Assembly: GCA_963823665.1 (NCBI GenBank)
Contig: CAWGMQ010000010.1
Coordinates: 2,528,001 to 2,592,000, forward strand
Source: an uncultured Planctomycetota bacterium
Lineage (GTDB): Bacteria; Planctomycetota; Planctomycetia; Isosphaerales; Isosphaeraceae
Direction: 5' to 3'
DNA length: 64,000 nucleotides
Notes under the pieces: generated by a model
Seen by the model: only the letters and a program-made list of their open reading frames with translations
Told to the model about the DNA's origin: nothing
Databases searched by the model: none
Translations under genes and position numbers: made by a program
Part shown: in pieces, positions 53,789 through 64,000 of the stretch
How the letters are laid out: every line of letters begins with the position of its first letter
How positions within the stretch are numbered: position 1 is the stretch's first letter

Positions 53789-55804
53789 ATGTCGGTTTCC
53801 ACTGCTCTACACCGCTGGGGAATGCTCGCGGTGCTCTGCGGAATCCTGGTTGCCGGCTTCGGGCCCCGGGCATTCGCCGGGGATGACCCGGGTTCGAAAA
53901 TCAAGCTGCCACTCGATCGCGGCATGATGCAGCGCATCTCGAATTTCACGCTCAACGACGTCGCAACCGGCCGCTCGGTCATGCTCTACGGCTTTCAAGG
54001 CAAGCGGGCCATTGTCATGGTCTTTCTCGCCAACGATTGCCCGGTCGTGAATCTCTACGTGCCCCGGTTGATCGAGCTCAATCGCGAGTTCTCGAAAAAA
54101 GGCGTTGTGATGCTCGGGATCAACTCGAACGCCCACGAGACCGAGGCGGAAATCGCCCGATTCGTCAAGGAAACGGGCATCGATTTCCCGGTCCTCAAAG
54201 ACGCACAAAACCTGGTCGCCGACTCCCTGCTGGTCGAGCGAACGTCGGAAGTCATCGTCCTGGACGGGTTCGCACGCATCAATTACCGCGGCGCAATCGA
54301 TGACCAGCACATCCAGGGCAAGAGCAAAGATAAACCGGACAAGAACTATCTAAGGGACGCACTCAATTCACTGACTTCCGGCGGAAGAATCGCCGTTCGG
54401 GCGACCGAAGCCACGGGCTGCCTGATCGACCGCGTCGCCCCCAAGCCGATCGATCCCGCCAAGGTTCCCAAGGTGCGCGGGGCCGCGCCGACAGTCTCCG
54501 CGCTGCTGGACGAACAGCAGCGAGAGCACCCCGTGCAAGTGGGCAAGGTCACGTACTCCGACTCCGTTGCCGCGATTTTCCAGAACAAGTGCCAGGTATG
54601 CCATCGTCCCGGACAGGTCGCGCCGTTTTCACTGCTCACGTATGATGACGCGGCCAAGCATTCGGGGATGATCCGCGAGACGGTAGCCGAACGCCGCATG
54701 CCGCCGTGGCAAGCTGATCCGCGCTACGGCCATTTCGCCAATGACCGCAGCCTCTCCGCCCAGGACCGCGCAACACTCCTGGCCTGGGTCGATCAGGGCA
54801 CGCCGCTCGGCGAGCCCAAGGAGATCCCGCCGCCGCGCACCTTCCCCGAAGGCTGGACAATAGGCAAACCCGACGCGGTCTTCGAGATTCCCGAGCCGTA
54901 TTACGTCCCGGCGCAGGGCGTGGTCTCCTACGTCTATTTCCGCGTGCCGACCAACTTCAAGGAAGACCGCTGGGTGCAGGCCGCCGAGGCGGTGCCAACC
55001 GATCGCTCGATTGTTCACCACATCATCGTCTACATGATCGATCCCACCGTCCCCGGAGACATGCGCGACAAGCTCACGCACTTCTGCGGCTACGCGCCGG
55101 GTGACGCCCCTTCGGTCTTTCCCGAGGGAACCGCCAAACGACTTCCCAAGGGCGCCGAGCTCATGTTCCAGGTGCATTACACGCCGACCGGGAAAATCAA
55201 GACCGACCGCTCGAAGGTGGGTTTCATCTTCTCGAAGACCAAGCCGGCCCGCGAGGCCTTCACGCTGGGAATCGCCAATGCCGATTTCGTTCTACCCGCG
55301 GGCTCCGCGAACCAAGAGGTTGCCTCGAAAAAGGAGATGCCTTACGACGTGCGCGTGCTCAGCTTCATGCCGCACATGCATCTTCGAGGCAAGGATTTCA
55401 TGTACACCTTCACCAAGCCGGGCGGATCGCCTGAGGTCGTCCTCTCCGTCCCCGCCTTCGATTTCGCGTGGCAGACTTATTACGTTCTGGAAGAGCCGAT
55501 CCTGCTGCCCAAGGGATCTGTTATCGATTGCCTTGCCCATTTCGATAACTCCGATTCGAACCCATACAACCCGGACCCGACCAAGATGGTGCGCTGGGGC
55601 GATCAGACGTTCGAAGAAATGATGATCGGCTACCTCGACATGGACGTGCCCGTGGGCACGCCCATCATGCGTGAAAACGACTTCCGCCCCAGAACCGAGA
55701 AGGCGGCGATCTCCGTGCTGCAGTCCATGCAGAAAATGCTCAATCGCGGCAAGGCCGCCAAAGCTCAAGGCACACCGGCGGCGCAAAAAGGTGCCAGACC
55801 ATGA
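53789..55804 (+). CDS. Redoxin + CxxCH + copper monooxygenase-like domain protein
   Basis: FLANDCPV, YRGAIDDQ, CQVCH, VHHII, PHMHLRG, EEMM. Confidence 0.85.
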   Translation: MSVSTALHRWGMLAVLCGILVAGFGPRAFAGDDPGSKIKLPLDRGMMQRISNFTLNDVATGRSVMLYGFQGKRAIVMVFLANDCPVVNLYVPRLIELNREFSKKGVVMLGINSNAHETEAEIARFVKETGIDFPVLKDAQNLVADSLLVERTSEVIVLDGFARINYRGAIDDQHIQGKSKDKPDKNYLRDALNSLTSGGRIAVRATEATGCLIDRVAPKPIDPAKVPKVRGAAPTVSALLDEQQREHPVQVGKVTYSDSVAAIFQNKCQVCHRPGQVAPFSLLTYDDAAKHSGMIRETVAERRMPPWQADPRYGHFANDRSLSAQDRATLLAWVDQGTPLGEPKEIPPPRTFPEGWTIGKPDAVFEIPEPYYVPAQGVVSYVYFRVPTNFKEDRWVQAAEAVPTDRSIVHHIIVYMIDPTVPGDMRDKLTHFCGYAPGDAPSVFPEGTAKRLPKGAELMFQVHYTPTGKIKTDRSKVGFIFSKTKPAREAFTLGIANADFVLPAGSANQEVASKKEMPYDVRVLSFMPHMHLRGKDFMYTFTKPGGSPEVVLSVPAFDFAWQTYYVLEEPILLPKGSVIDCLAHFDNSDSNPYNPDPTKMVRWGDQTFEEMMIGYLDMDVPVGTPIMRENDFRPRTEKAAISVLQSMQKMLNRGKAAKAQGTPAAQKGARP

Positions 55805-56988
55805 ACCGTCCCTGCTCGCGCTCACTGTTGCCGGCCGCCGTTCTCGTTCTCGTTGCATGCGCGGGAAGCGTGAGCCCCCTCGCGCACGCAAGCGATGATC
55901 AGGCAGACGCCCGTGTGATTCCCGCCCCATTCGCCCCGCTGGAATACCTGGTCGGAGAATGGAAGGGCCAGGCGATTCCCAAGGACAACACGGCCCAGCA
56001 ATTCCGTGGCTGGACCGAGAAACACGCCTGGGCTTGGACCTTCACCAAGGGAAAGCCGACCGGCCTTTCCTTCACGATCAAGGACGGAAAAGTCCTCGCT
56101 TCCGGCGCGCTGACGTTCGACCCGCAAAGGGAGCTCTATCGCCTCGAAGGAAAAGAGCCCGGCGCGCGCGGCAAGGTGATCGCGTTCGAAGGTAAGCTTG
56201 ACTCATCCGGAAAACAGCTTGTGCTCGATCAGACGCACGAGGAAACTGACCCGGCGCCGGCCGACGGCCAGTTGCGGATCTCGCTCCGCCCCAATGCCAA
56301 CTTCCTGCGATACACGATGATGCACGATCGAAAGGCGCCGGGAGCGGCCGTCTTCACCCGGACGACCGAAGTCGGCGTCACGAAGGAGGGGGAGACATTC
56401 GCCGCGGGAGCAAGCGCGACCGAGCGAGCCAAGTGCATCGTGACCGGCGGCGCGGCAACGATGACGGTGTCGTTCGAAGGCAAGTCGTTCCCGCTGTGCT
56501 GTTCGGGCTGCCTTGGCGAATTCAACGACAACCCGCAGAAATACGTCAAGAAAGCCGCACTCTTGCTCGCGAATCAATCGGGAAAGTCGTCGTCGGCCTC
56601 CGCGCCCATGAAGAAGCGCGGCCGCGACGACGCGTTCGCCGGAGACGTCGACGAAAACAGCGACTCACCTCGCCCCGCTGCCAAGGCGAAGAAGACCGGC
56701 TCGCCCGCCGCCGGCAAGGCTGCCAAATCCGATGAAGCGGAAGGCGACTCCACAGACTCCGCAAAACCCAAGGAGAAAGCCGAGCCAAAGAAGGAAAAGG
56801 AAAAGGACGCGGGCAAGACCGCTGCTGCGAAGGCAGCGACCCTGCTGCGTTTGGGCCGCACCCTCGAACGCGCAGGCAAGACCGACCAGGCGCTGACCAA
56901 CTACAAGAAGGTCGTCAAAGACTTCGCCAACACCCCATCCGCCAAGACGGCGGCCGAGCGCATCAAGGAGCTCGAAGGGAAAGAGTGA
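55801..56988 (+). CDS. Exported protein with YHS/TRASH-like domain and C-terminal TPR
   Basis: CIVTGG...FPLCCSGCLGEFNDNPQKY. Confidence 0.8.
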   Translation: MNRPCSRSLLPAAVLVLVACAGSVSPLAHASDDQADARVIPAPFAPLEYLVGEWKGQAIPKDNTAQQFRGWTEKHAWAWTFTKGKPTGLSFTIKDGKVLASGALTFDPQRELYRLEGKEPGARGKVIAFEGKLDSSGKQLVLDQTHEETDPAPADGQLRISLRPNANFLRYTMMHDRKAPGAAVFTRTTEVGVTKEGETFAAGASATERAKCIVTGGAATMTVSFEGKSFPLCCSGCLGEFNDNPQKYVKKAALLLANQSGKSSSASAPMKKRGRDDAFAGDVDENSDSPRPAAKAKKTGSPAAGKAAKSDEAEGDSTDSAKPKEKAEPKKEKEKDAGKTAAAKAATLLRLGRTLERAGKTDQALTNYKKVVKDFANTPSAKTAAERIKELEGKE

Positions 56989-56989
56989 A

Positions 56990-57205
56990 TTGACACTGCA
57001 AACTTACCGTGATCTTCTCTCAGCTCGTCCGTTTCAGCCGTTTCGACTCGTCATGTCGAGCCGGCAATCGTACGAAGTCCGCCACCCCGAGATGGCCATG
57101 CTCACTCGGACGAGTATCCTGGTCGGAACCGGCGACATGGACGACGACGTGCCCGCAGAGTTCAAGATCTGCTCGCTATTGCACGTGACGGCCGTCGAGC
57201 CATAG
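56990..57205 (+). CDS. Small hypothetical protein
   Basis: RPFQPFRLVMSS..YEVRHPE; directly follows previous gene. Confidence 0.75.
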   Translation: MTLQTYRDLLSARPFQPFRLVMSSRQSYEVRHPEMAMLTRTSILVGTGDMDDDVPAEFKICSLLHVTAVEP

Positions 57206-57295
57206 AGCACGGCTCGGCCGGGATCGAACGGCGAGGGCGCGTAGGGATGAGACGCGCGAGATGCGCCCGGCGCTCGATCCAACTTGCCGCCCTGT

Positions 57296-58348
57296 TCATG
57301 GCTTGGGCTCAGATTCCGAGGGCCCCGGATCTTTCGGCGGGTGCACCTTCAATTCGTAAATCTGGCTCCATTCGCCTGGAGCGTTGAGCACGCCCTCGAC
57401 GATCTTCGCTTCGCCCGCGTGCTTGATGCGCACCTGCCAGTGCACTGGAGGATGATCCGGCCGGTGAGCGGCGTAATAGTGCACGCTCCACTTGTACGCG
57501 CCCGGCGGCCCGGGGCCCTTCACCTTCGGCGACTTTCGGGCGCCGGAAGGAACCAGCCAGTAAATGTTCTCCGGACCATACCCCCACGTGTTGTCGACGT
57601 CGAGCTGTCCCCCCTGTCGGCCGTTGCGATGGCCGAAGTAGAGATGATCGCCTTTGGGCTCCTTGACGTGGAGATCGATATCCACAGATTTCGTATCCCA
57701 GATCAACGTGAGCTGCGGGTCTCCGACCTTCACCTTGACGCCCCGGATCATCTCCCCGCCGTCGCCGAATCGCGCCATGCCAAAGCCTTGCCCGTCGCCT
57801 GCGCCGATGTTCCCCGGAATGCCATTACCTGGCCGGCGCCCTCGGCCGGGCATCGCGTCTTGCTCGGGACGGATCGGAGCAGCCAGCTCGAGCGACACTG
57901 CGGAAGACGTCAATCCCCGCTGCGCCAGCTCGGTCTCGCTCGGCAACGTCACGTCCGACCGAACGATCGGGCCCGCCGACTCGAATGCGCCCACCTCGTC
58001 AGCCAGAGCGACCGGCGAGCCGTCCGAGCCCCCGTGCAACTGATCTCCATCCAGACGGCCGTCGGGAGAGCCCGCCGTTCGTGACTCGAATTCAAGGGGC
58101 TGAACCGATCGGGGCGCAAAGTACCAGAACGCAAGCAACATCAAAAGCAGCGTGTGCAGTGCAAGCGAGCCGGCCCAGCCGCTGACGGTTCGTGGATGCC
58201 ACACCCGCGCCAGCAATGAGCGAACAAAACTCGCCAGCCCCGGGAATAGCGCAGCCTCAGGCGCCGCGTGAGCCGGCGGCCCGGCCACCCCCACGTCTAC
58301 CTCCGACGGAACTCGCCCAGTCTCAGTTTCCGACGTGACCAATGCCAT
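57296..58348 (-). CDS. Membrane-anchored YfaP/DUF2135-like protein
   Basis: TM helix; LTLIWD..DIDLHVKEP...LDVDNTWGYGPENI. Confidence 0.8.
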   Translation of the reverse strand: MALVTSETETGRVPSEVDVGVAGPPAHAAPEAALFPGLASFVRSLLARVWHPRTVSGWAGSLALHTLLLMLLAFWYFAPRSVQPLEFESRTAGSPDGRLDGDQLHGGSDGSPVALADEVGAFESAGPIVRSDVTLPSETELAQRGLTSSAVSLELAAPIRPEQDAMPGRGRRPGNGIPGNIGAGDGQGFGMARFGDGGEMIRGVKVKVGDPQLTLIWDTKSVDIDLHVKEPKGDHLYFGHRNGRQGGQLDVDNTWGYGPENIYWLVPSGARKSPKVKGPGPPGAYKWSVHYYAAHRPDHPPVHWQVRIKHAGEAKIVEGVLNAPGEWSQIYELKVHPPKDPGPSESEPKP

Positions 58349-58751
58349 CGGGATCCCCGGATTCCACCCTGAGCCGGGTGGCGAAGCGAAATGACCCCTG
58401 CTACCTGAAGCTTACGCGCGCCGCCCAAGACGTGTCAATTCACAAAAACCCACGTTGATCAGTTCAGCCGTCACGCCCGCGACGAGTCTCTCGTCCACCC
58501 TCGTCTCATACATGGACATCTGTCACGTATTGTGCCGGGAATGGTTGATTTCTATAATCGCGCTGACTTTGGAAACAAAGCCGTCAACGGATCTCACGGC
58601 ACCATGATGGCGAGCGGCCGGGAGTACGCTCCTGAAACCCAGGGACTGGGGAATAGTCGCGGGAAGTCGTGGACTTGTTTTGACGGCCAGAGGGAAGCAC
58701 CCGAGGATTGGCCTTTACCTCGGGTTGCTGTCCCTCTGCCTGCATTGACGA

Positions 58752-59231
58752 TTACTTCGATCCGTTCCCCTGGCTGACCTGTGTTGCTGGCTGGCCTCCG
58801 ATCTTGATCTGGCGCGGCTTTGACGACTCGGCCTTGGGTAGGCTGAGTGTCAGAACGCCGTGCTCAAAGTCCGCACGGGCCTTCTCCGGATCAACCGGTG
58901 TGCCCAGCGACAACGACCGCTGAAACACGCCCGACCGGCGCTCGCGAAGGTGCCATCGGTCGCCTTTCTTCTCGTCCTCGCTCTTTGCCTCGGCACGAAT
59001 CGAAAGTGAGTCGCCCTGAACCGTGATCTGGACGTTATCGGGCTTGATGCCCGGCAGTGACGCCTTGACCACGAAGTCGTTGTCGTTTTCCGTCACATCC
59101 AGCGGCAGCGCAAACGAACTGCTCTGCCCCTGCACACTTCCCGGCCGCACATAGCTCTCCTGGAGCAATGAGTTCATCGCATCCCGTAGACTGACGGCCT
59201 CACGAAACGGGTCCCAAAGCTCGAATGCCAT
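58752..59231 (-). CDS. Small heat shock protein Hsp20
   Basis: LDVTE...LPGI...ERRSGVFQRS...HGVLTLSLPK. Confidence 0.95.
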   Translation of the reverse strand: MAFELWDPFREAVSLRDAMNSLLQESYVRPGSVQGQSSSFALPLDVTENDNDFVVKASLPGIKPDNVQITVQGDSLSIRAEAKSEDEKKGDRWHLRERRSGVFQRSLSLGTPVDPEKARADFEHGVLTLSLPKAESSKPRQIKIGGQPATQVSQGNGSK

Positions 59232-59359
59232 GTCGTTTTTCCCCTTCAGTTGACCTCACGGGCTACCATTTTTGACACCATCCGCCGTCCGGGCGAATGC
59301 GCCCGTGCCGGCGGCCCGTGCCTCACCGGCCCGATCTTGTTTTCGTATAGATAGTTGTA

Positions 59360-59376
59360 AGCATAAGGTGTGCCAA
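59360..59376 (-). promoter_or_regulatory. Sigma-54 promoter of hsp20
   Basis: TTGGCACACCTTATGCT (GG-N10-GC); upstream palindrome TGCCAATTTGGCA at about 59455-59467. Confidence 0.7.
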
Positions 59377-59576
59377 ATCGATTCTTAAGACAGAACACTA
59401 TTTAGTGAAAGGTTTTAGGGAGATACATGCCGCCGCCACTCGAGACAACGCACATGCCAATTTGGCAGCAGCAATCGCATAGCCGCGACTGCCAGTGGCT
59501 GCCATTATTGCAGTCCAATGTTCGTGCACCGCGCATTCGCGCTCAACGTCATCGAGTCATCATCAATCGATGACTG

Positions 59577-60335
59577 TCACGCCGTCGTTGGTTCGGACTT
59601 CGGGGCGGCTTCGTCGATTTTGGGGGCGATCCGGATATCGAGCCCGATCTTGGTCGTCCAGATTTCCCACTGGCTGCGGTCCCATCCCAGGATGATTCCC
59701 GATGCTTCCAGGCGGTCGAAGGTTTGCTCGACGTACGCGGGCACGCGGTCTTCGTACTCGGCGACGAGGTCGAGCTTGCGGCCGATCAAGCTCAGGATTC
59801 CGCGAATGGTGGACGGCCCCTTCTCGGCGATGCGCTGCTGTCCCTCGGGCGAGGCCGGATCCGGGCCCTCGAGCGTCAATTGAAGTGACCGGATCAATCG
59901 GCCGAACTGACCGAACCAGTTGTCGCCGAATCCGAAGTACTCCCGATGGATGATGTGAACCTCGCCCCGGCGCACGATGGCTGCCTGATAGACCGATTCC
60001 AGGTAGTTTTCGCCGTAATCGGTTTGAAACGCGATATTGATCGCCTTGGCGAGATGTTGAAGCGCGGCTTGCACGCCGACCTTCGTCACGTCGACGTCGA
60101 GCCCCATGTCGCGCAGCCCGCCGGCCTTCCGCGCCGTCACCGTTCCGCTCTCGCCCGTCTGCGGCGAAAGCGCCACCCCCAGCGGCACGTCATTCGACCC
60201 TGGCCGCGGGTCCGTCGCGCCGGCGGGATTCAGCGGAACCATGCGCGCCGCGGATGGCAAACCAGATGTTTGATCCAGTGCAGACGGCTTCGCCGGGCGC
60301 CCGCTCGATCCGCTCCCCGACCGCGGTTCAGGCAC
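59577..60335 (-). CDS. Hypothetical protein
   Basis: 252 aa ORF with globular-looking C-terminal part. Confidence 0.7.
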   Translation of the reverse strand: MPEPRSGSGSSGRPAKPSALDQTSGLPSAARMVPLNPAGATDPRPGSNDVPLGVALSPQTGESGTVTARKAGGLRDMGLDVDVTKVGVQAALQHLAKAINIAFQTDYGENYLESVYQAAIVRRGEVHIIHREYFGFGDNWFGQFGRLIRSLQLTLEGPDPASPEGQQRIAEKGPSTIRGILSLIGRKLDLVAEYEDRVPAYVEQTFDRLEASGIILGWDRSQWEIWTTKIGLDIRIAPKIDEAAPKSEPTTA

Positions 60336-60455
60336 GATTCAGCTCCTGGTGTCACCGGTGTTCATGCACGCCATCATACCCGTGGCGCAACGTGAGTGCA
60401 CGTCACCGGTACCCCTCGCTTCCGAGCGGGTGTGAAGCGACGACAAGCGCATGAC

Positions 60456-60883
60456 TCATTCGCGGGCCGTCTTGAGCAGCTCATCGAAACGGGGATGACT
60501 TCGGATCGGGTTCACGTCGGGCGTCAATATGACCTGTCGCTGCGAAGGCTGGAGCCGGATGGCCTCGCGCAGCGTTTCGACGGCCTTGTCGGCAAATTCA
60601 CGGCGCTCTCGCACCGTATCGACCGTCGCTTGGGGGGGCGTCTGACGGTCAAGTGCAAGAGCACAGGCCGCATAGATCCGTGCCACGCGCGCGAGGCTCT
60701 CGCCGTCGCGAGGAGCAGACGCGCGCACGTCTTCCGCGGCGCAAGCCCGCATTTCCGGCAATAACCATAGACGAGCGGCGCATAAGCCGACACGAACATC
60801 GCCCACGCCTCCTCGTCGGATGAGTTACGCAGCCGCAACAGCAAGCTCGGCCGCGTCACCGCCGCGCCCAGAGCTTTTGCCAT
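60456..60883 (-). pseudogene. ECF sigma N-terminus fused to TPR-kinase-like C-terminus (deletion remnant)
   Basis: TRPSLLLRLR..DEEAWAMFV..YAPLVYGYCRKCGL, then ADKAVETLREAI...PDVNPIRSHPRFDELL. Confidence 0.65.
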
Positions 60884-61047
60884 AACAGATATCCGCCGCC
60901 CTCGCGTTTCTGAATCCGTCGTTGCGCTGTTTTTGGATTTTTCCATTCTAGCCACCCACGCGTGCCTCGTAACACGGTTTTTTGGCGAGCCGCGATCTGA
61001 TCGGCGGGGTCGGCGACTACCTGGTCTTGTGCTGTTGTGGCGCGGCC

Positions 61048-63174
61048 TCATGACCGGGTCACCGGCCGCTGCCACCGCAAGATCGCCGACCCCACGATCA
61101 CGGCCACGCACACGAGCAGCATCGCCGTCATACCGATATTCAGCCACCCTTGCAACGGCTGGCCGGCCTGCACCATTTTCGACCAGTATCGCCCGATTTC
61201 ATGGTAGGCGGTCGTGCTGGTTGTCGTCGCCACGAACAGCATCGGCAGAATCGTGACCGGCGCATATCGCCCTCGACCCGCATTGAAGAGAATCGTCGTG
61301 ACCACCGCGAGCGCGATCACCGCCAGAAGCTGATTGGCCATCCCGAACATCGGCCAGATCGTTTCCACGCTGCCGGTGTAAATGAAATAGCCCCAGCCCA
61401 GGACCACGAGCCCCGTCGACAAAAGCGCAGCCGGCCACCACTTCAGGTCACCGAGCGGCGCCCAGATCGTGCCGAGGAACTCCTGCACCAGGAACCGCGC
61501 AATCCGCGTACCGGCATCGATCGTGGTCAGGATGAACAGCGCCTCGAACATGATTGCAAAGTGATACCAGTACTTGAGCATCCAACTCATACCCGGAAGG
61601 GCGTCGGAAAAGATCCGCGCCATCCCGACGGCCAGCGTGACCGCCCCGCCGGTTCGGCCGTGCAGCGACTCCTGCACGTTCTTTTCCATCGTCGTCAGCT
61701 CGCTCTCCGCGGCCCTAGCCGCGCCCTCAGGCTGCTCCGTCCTTAGCGCACCATCCTCGAGCGACTGTGCAAAATCATGGTGCTGGGCCAGAAACTCCGG
61801 CCGGCGATTCAGCGAGATGTTGATGTCGTAATACATCGAATTGGGTAGGGCCGCCGCCGCGATCAAGGCCACTACGCCCACCAGGCCTTCCATGAGCATC
61901 GCACCGTAGCCGATCATTCGCACGTCGCTCTCGCGATCGACCATCTTGGGCGTCGTGCCTGATGCGACCAGCGAATGAAATCCGGAAATCGCCCCGCACA
62001 TGATGCAGATGAAGACATACGGAAAGATCGGACCATCGAAGTAAGGACCGCCCCCTGCCGAGAAATACGGGCTCACCGCCGGCGCTTCGAGCTTGGGATT
62101 GACGATCAAGACCCCACCGACCAGCAGCAGAATCGTGCCGATCTTGAGAAACGTCGACAGGTAGTCGCGCGGGCAGAGCAACAGCCACACCGGCAGCACG
62201 GCCGCAACAAATCCATATCCCGCCAGCGCGAAGACCGTCCAGTCTCGTGACAGCGAAAAGTACGGCTCGAGCGGAGATCCGGGGACCAAAACCCCCGCAA
62301 CCGTCGCACCCAGCACCAGCACGGCACCGATCAGCGAGGCCTCGAGGATCTTTCCGCGCCGCAGGCGATACATGTACCAGCCCACGAAGAGCGCAATTGG
62401 AATCGTGCACGCGATCGTGAAGGTGCCCCACGAACTGCCCGGCACCAGCCTGACGGCGTCGCGCGGCAGCACGAGCCCCTTCTTGGTGGGATCGGACTTG
62501 TACGGCTCGTTCGCCGGAACCGCCAGGTCGAACGCTTCGTGAAAAACCATGGTCTCTTCGGGCTTCTCGCCGAAACGATAAGTCGAGCCCTCAGGGATCT
62601 TGAGGATGATCGGTTTTCCCCGCTCGAGTTTCCGTTCGAGGCGAGGGACGTCGTCAGGATAGATCAAGACGGTTCCCGCCTTCATCTTTACCTCCTCGCC
62701 GCCCAGCGCCTTCACGACGACAATTCCCAGCCCGGCCAGTGCGATGATCACGATGTACAGGATCGCGATCGCCGCCGCCAATCCGGCCGGCCGGCCGATC
62801 TCCGAGCGTGCCAGGGCCGCCAGGCTCATCCCGTCGCGGCGCGTCGAGCAGGCCAGAACCATCATGTCCTGGACCGCCCCGGCCAGGCAGACGCCCACGA
62901 CCAGCCAGACCAGCCCCGGTAAGTAGCCGAACTGGATCGCCAGCACCGGGCCGATGAGAGGACCCGCCCCGGAGATCGCGGCAAAATGATGGCCGAAGAG
63001 CACCCAACGGTTGGTCGGGTCAAAGTTCTGGCCGTCGTGAAGTCGGTGCGCGGGAGTGACCCGTGAGTCGTCCAGCACGGCCACCCGGGCAGCCAGAAAT
63101 GCGCTGTAGTACCGGTAGGCGATGACGAAGATCACGAGAACAACGACCATCACCGGCATCGCGTAAACAGTCAT
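61048..63174 (-). CDS. cstA: Carbon starvation protein A transporter
   Basis: FGHHFAAISGAGPLIGP, PRDYLSTFLK, CGAISGFH, FEALFILTTIDAGTR. Confidence 0.96.
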   Translation of the reverse strand: MTVYAMPVMVVVLVIFVIAYRYYSAFLAARVAVLDDSRVTPAHRLHDGQNFDPTNRWVLFGHHFAAISGAGPLIGPVLAIQFGYLPGLVWLVVGVCLAGAVQDMMVLACSTRRDGMSLAALARSEIGRPAGLAAAIAILYIVIIALAGLGIVVVKALGGEEVKMKAGTVLIYPDDVPRLERKLERGKPIILKIPEGSTYRFGEKPEETMVFHEAFDLAVPANEPYKSDPTKKGLVLPRDAVRLVPGSSWGTFTIACTIPIALFVGWYMYRLRRGKILEASLIGAVLVLGATVAGVLVPGSPLEPYFSLSRDWTVFALAGYGFVAAVLPVWLLLCPRDYLSTFLKIGTILLLVGGVLIVNPKLEAPAVSPYFSAGGGPYFDGPIFPYVFICIMCGAISGFHSLVASGTTPKMVDRESDVRMIGYGAMLMEGLVGVVALIAAAALPNSMYYDINISLNRRPEFLAQHHDFAQSLEDGALRTEQPEGAARAAESELTTMEKNVQESLHGRTGGAVTLAVGMARIFSDALPGMSWMLKYWYHFAIMFEALFILTTIDAGTRIARFLVQEFLGTIWAPLGDLKWWPAALLSTGLVVLGWGYFIYTGSVETIWPMFGMANQLLAVIALAVVTTILFNAGRGRYAPVTILPMLFVATTTSTTAYHEIGRYWSKMVQAGQPLQGWLNIGMTAMLLVCVAVIVGSAILRWQRPVTRS

Positions 63175-63254
63175 TGCTGTTGGTCCGTTGTCAGTTGTCC
63201 GTTGTCAGTTGTCGGCGGTCCGCACTCGCGTCCGATCATTCCCGCGCCGCATCC

Positions 63255-63833
63255 CTACGCCTCGGGAGGCACGTCGTCGCCCTCCTTTGAGTCGGGTTCG
63301 ACGGCAGCGTCCTTGCGCCAGATTGCGAGCTGCGGCTGGTGATATTCGAGGAACCAGATCTCTTCTTCGACCCCGAGCTCCTCCGCCAGCCGGTGCGCGA
63401 CCAGGTAATTCACCACTTCCAGCGATGACGCCAGGAAATCGGTGCGAGAATCGGCCGGCTGGGCCGGATTGTGGAAGATGAACCGGATCACCAGCACGCG
63501 CTCGTCAACCGGGCCTTGCGGCGAAAGGTACCGGCCGTCCATCTCGTATATGGAATACCCGCGCGAGGCCTGGCAAAGCGTCCTGATCCAGGCTTCCTCG
63601 TCAAACTCGCCCGATTGCCGCCGGCGCTGCTTGATCGACTTCTGGATAAATGGAACCGCCCGGATCGCGTCCTCGTTGAAAAGGTCCTCGAGCACTTCCT
63701 GGACCTTGCCGAAATACCCGAGCTTCTTCGGCAGGATCACCTCGTACATCCGCGCCGGCATCGGGCCCACGAGCTGGTAGCCGGCAATCGAACGGCCAGG
63801 CGATCGAGCCGGGCTGCGCCTGGGCTTATTCAT
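63255..63833 (-). CDS. Hypothetical protein, possibly PII/DUF3574-like fold
   Basis: RGYSIYEMDGRY...DERVLVIRF...EEEIW; ATG overlaps upstream stop. Confidence 0.7.
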   Translation of the reverse strand: MNKPRRSPARSPGRSIAGYQLVGPMPARMYEVILPKKLGYFGKVQEVLEDLFNEDAIRAVPFIQKSIKQRRRQSGEFDEEAWIRTLCQASRGYSIYEMDGRYLSPQGPVDERVLVIRFIFHNPAQPADSRTDFLASSLEVVNYLVAHRLAEELGVEEEIWFLEYHQPQLAIWRKDAAVEPDSKEGDDVPPEA

Positions 63834-64000
63834 CGGGTTCGCGCGGGCCGCCCTCGGGTAAAAGGTGCTCGAGCGGGCATTGCTCGCAGCGCGGAGCCGC
63901 CGCGCGGCAGTACTCGCGGCCAAGTTGCACCATTCCCCGCGACAGGTCGCCCAGCACTTTCGCCGCCTCGCCGTCGGCGATATCGCCCCGCCCGGTCGCC
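63826..64000 (-). CDS. C-terminus of endonuclease III/HhH-GPD-like protein (partial)
   Basis: Manual translation MVQLGREYCRAAAPRCEQCPL...DE* (Fe-S cluster-type Cys spacing). Confidence 0.75.
   Translation of the reverse strand, partial: ATGRGDIADGEAAKVLGDLSRGMVQLGREYCRAAAPRCEQCPLEHLLPEGGPREPDE

Noticed and set aside
63187..63213. GTTGTCA/GTTGTCC heptamer run upstream of cstA
   Set aside because: Short simple repeat with no evidence of function

Overview
GC-rich bacterial window with a Planctomycetota (probably Isosphaeraceae-like) signature: an LELLEDRTLLS-type extracellular protein and ECF sigma/Ser-Thr kinase pairs. Core-like genes sit at both ends (kinase, ECF, pit on the left; holB, tmk, hsp20, cstA on the right). 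Between them is a ~40 kb accessory region (~6.6-46 kb) with an ATPase/DUF4276 pair, a large RHS toxin gene, IS5, an integrated parA-repA-iteron replicon, two tRNA-Ser(GGA) 5' half att sites, a 1056 bp duplication, five type II TA modules, a Dam-type methylase module and a broken type III RM system. The most striking structure is a ~153 bp repeat family with GACACCC/GGGTGTC subterminal inverted repeats. Its ends stutter in nested tandem copies, mostly join at CC|T, and coincide with gene truncations. One copy carries a complete ORF-less group II intron whose EBS1 (AGACAC) matches the repeat core. Many genes carry single frameshifts that may be assembly errors.
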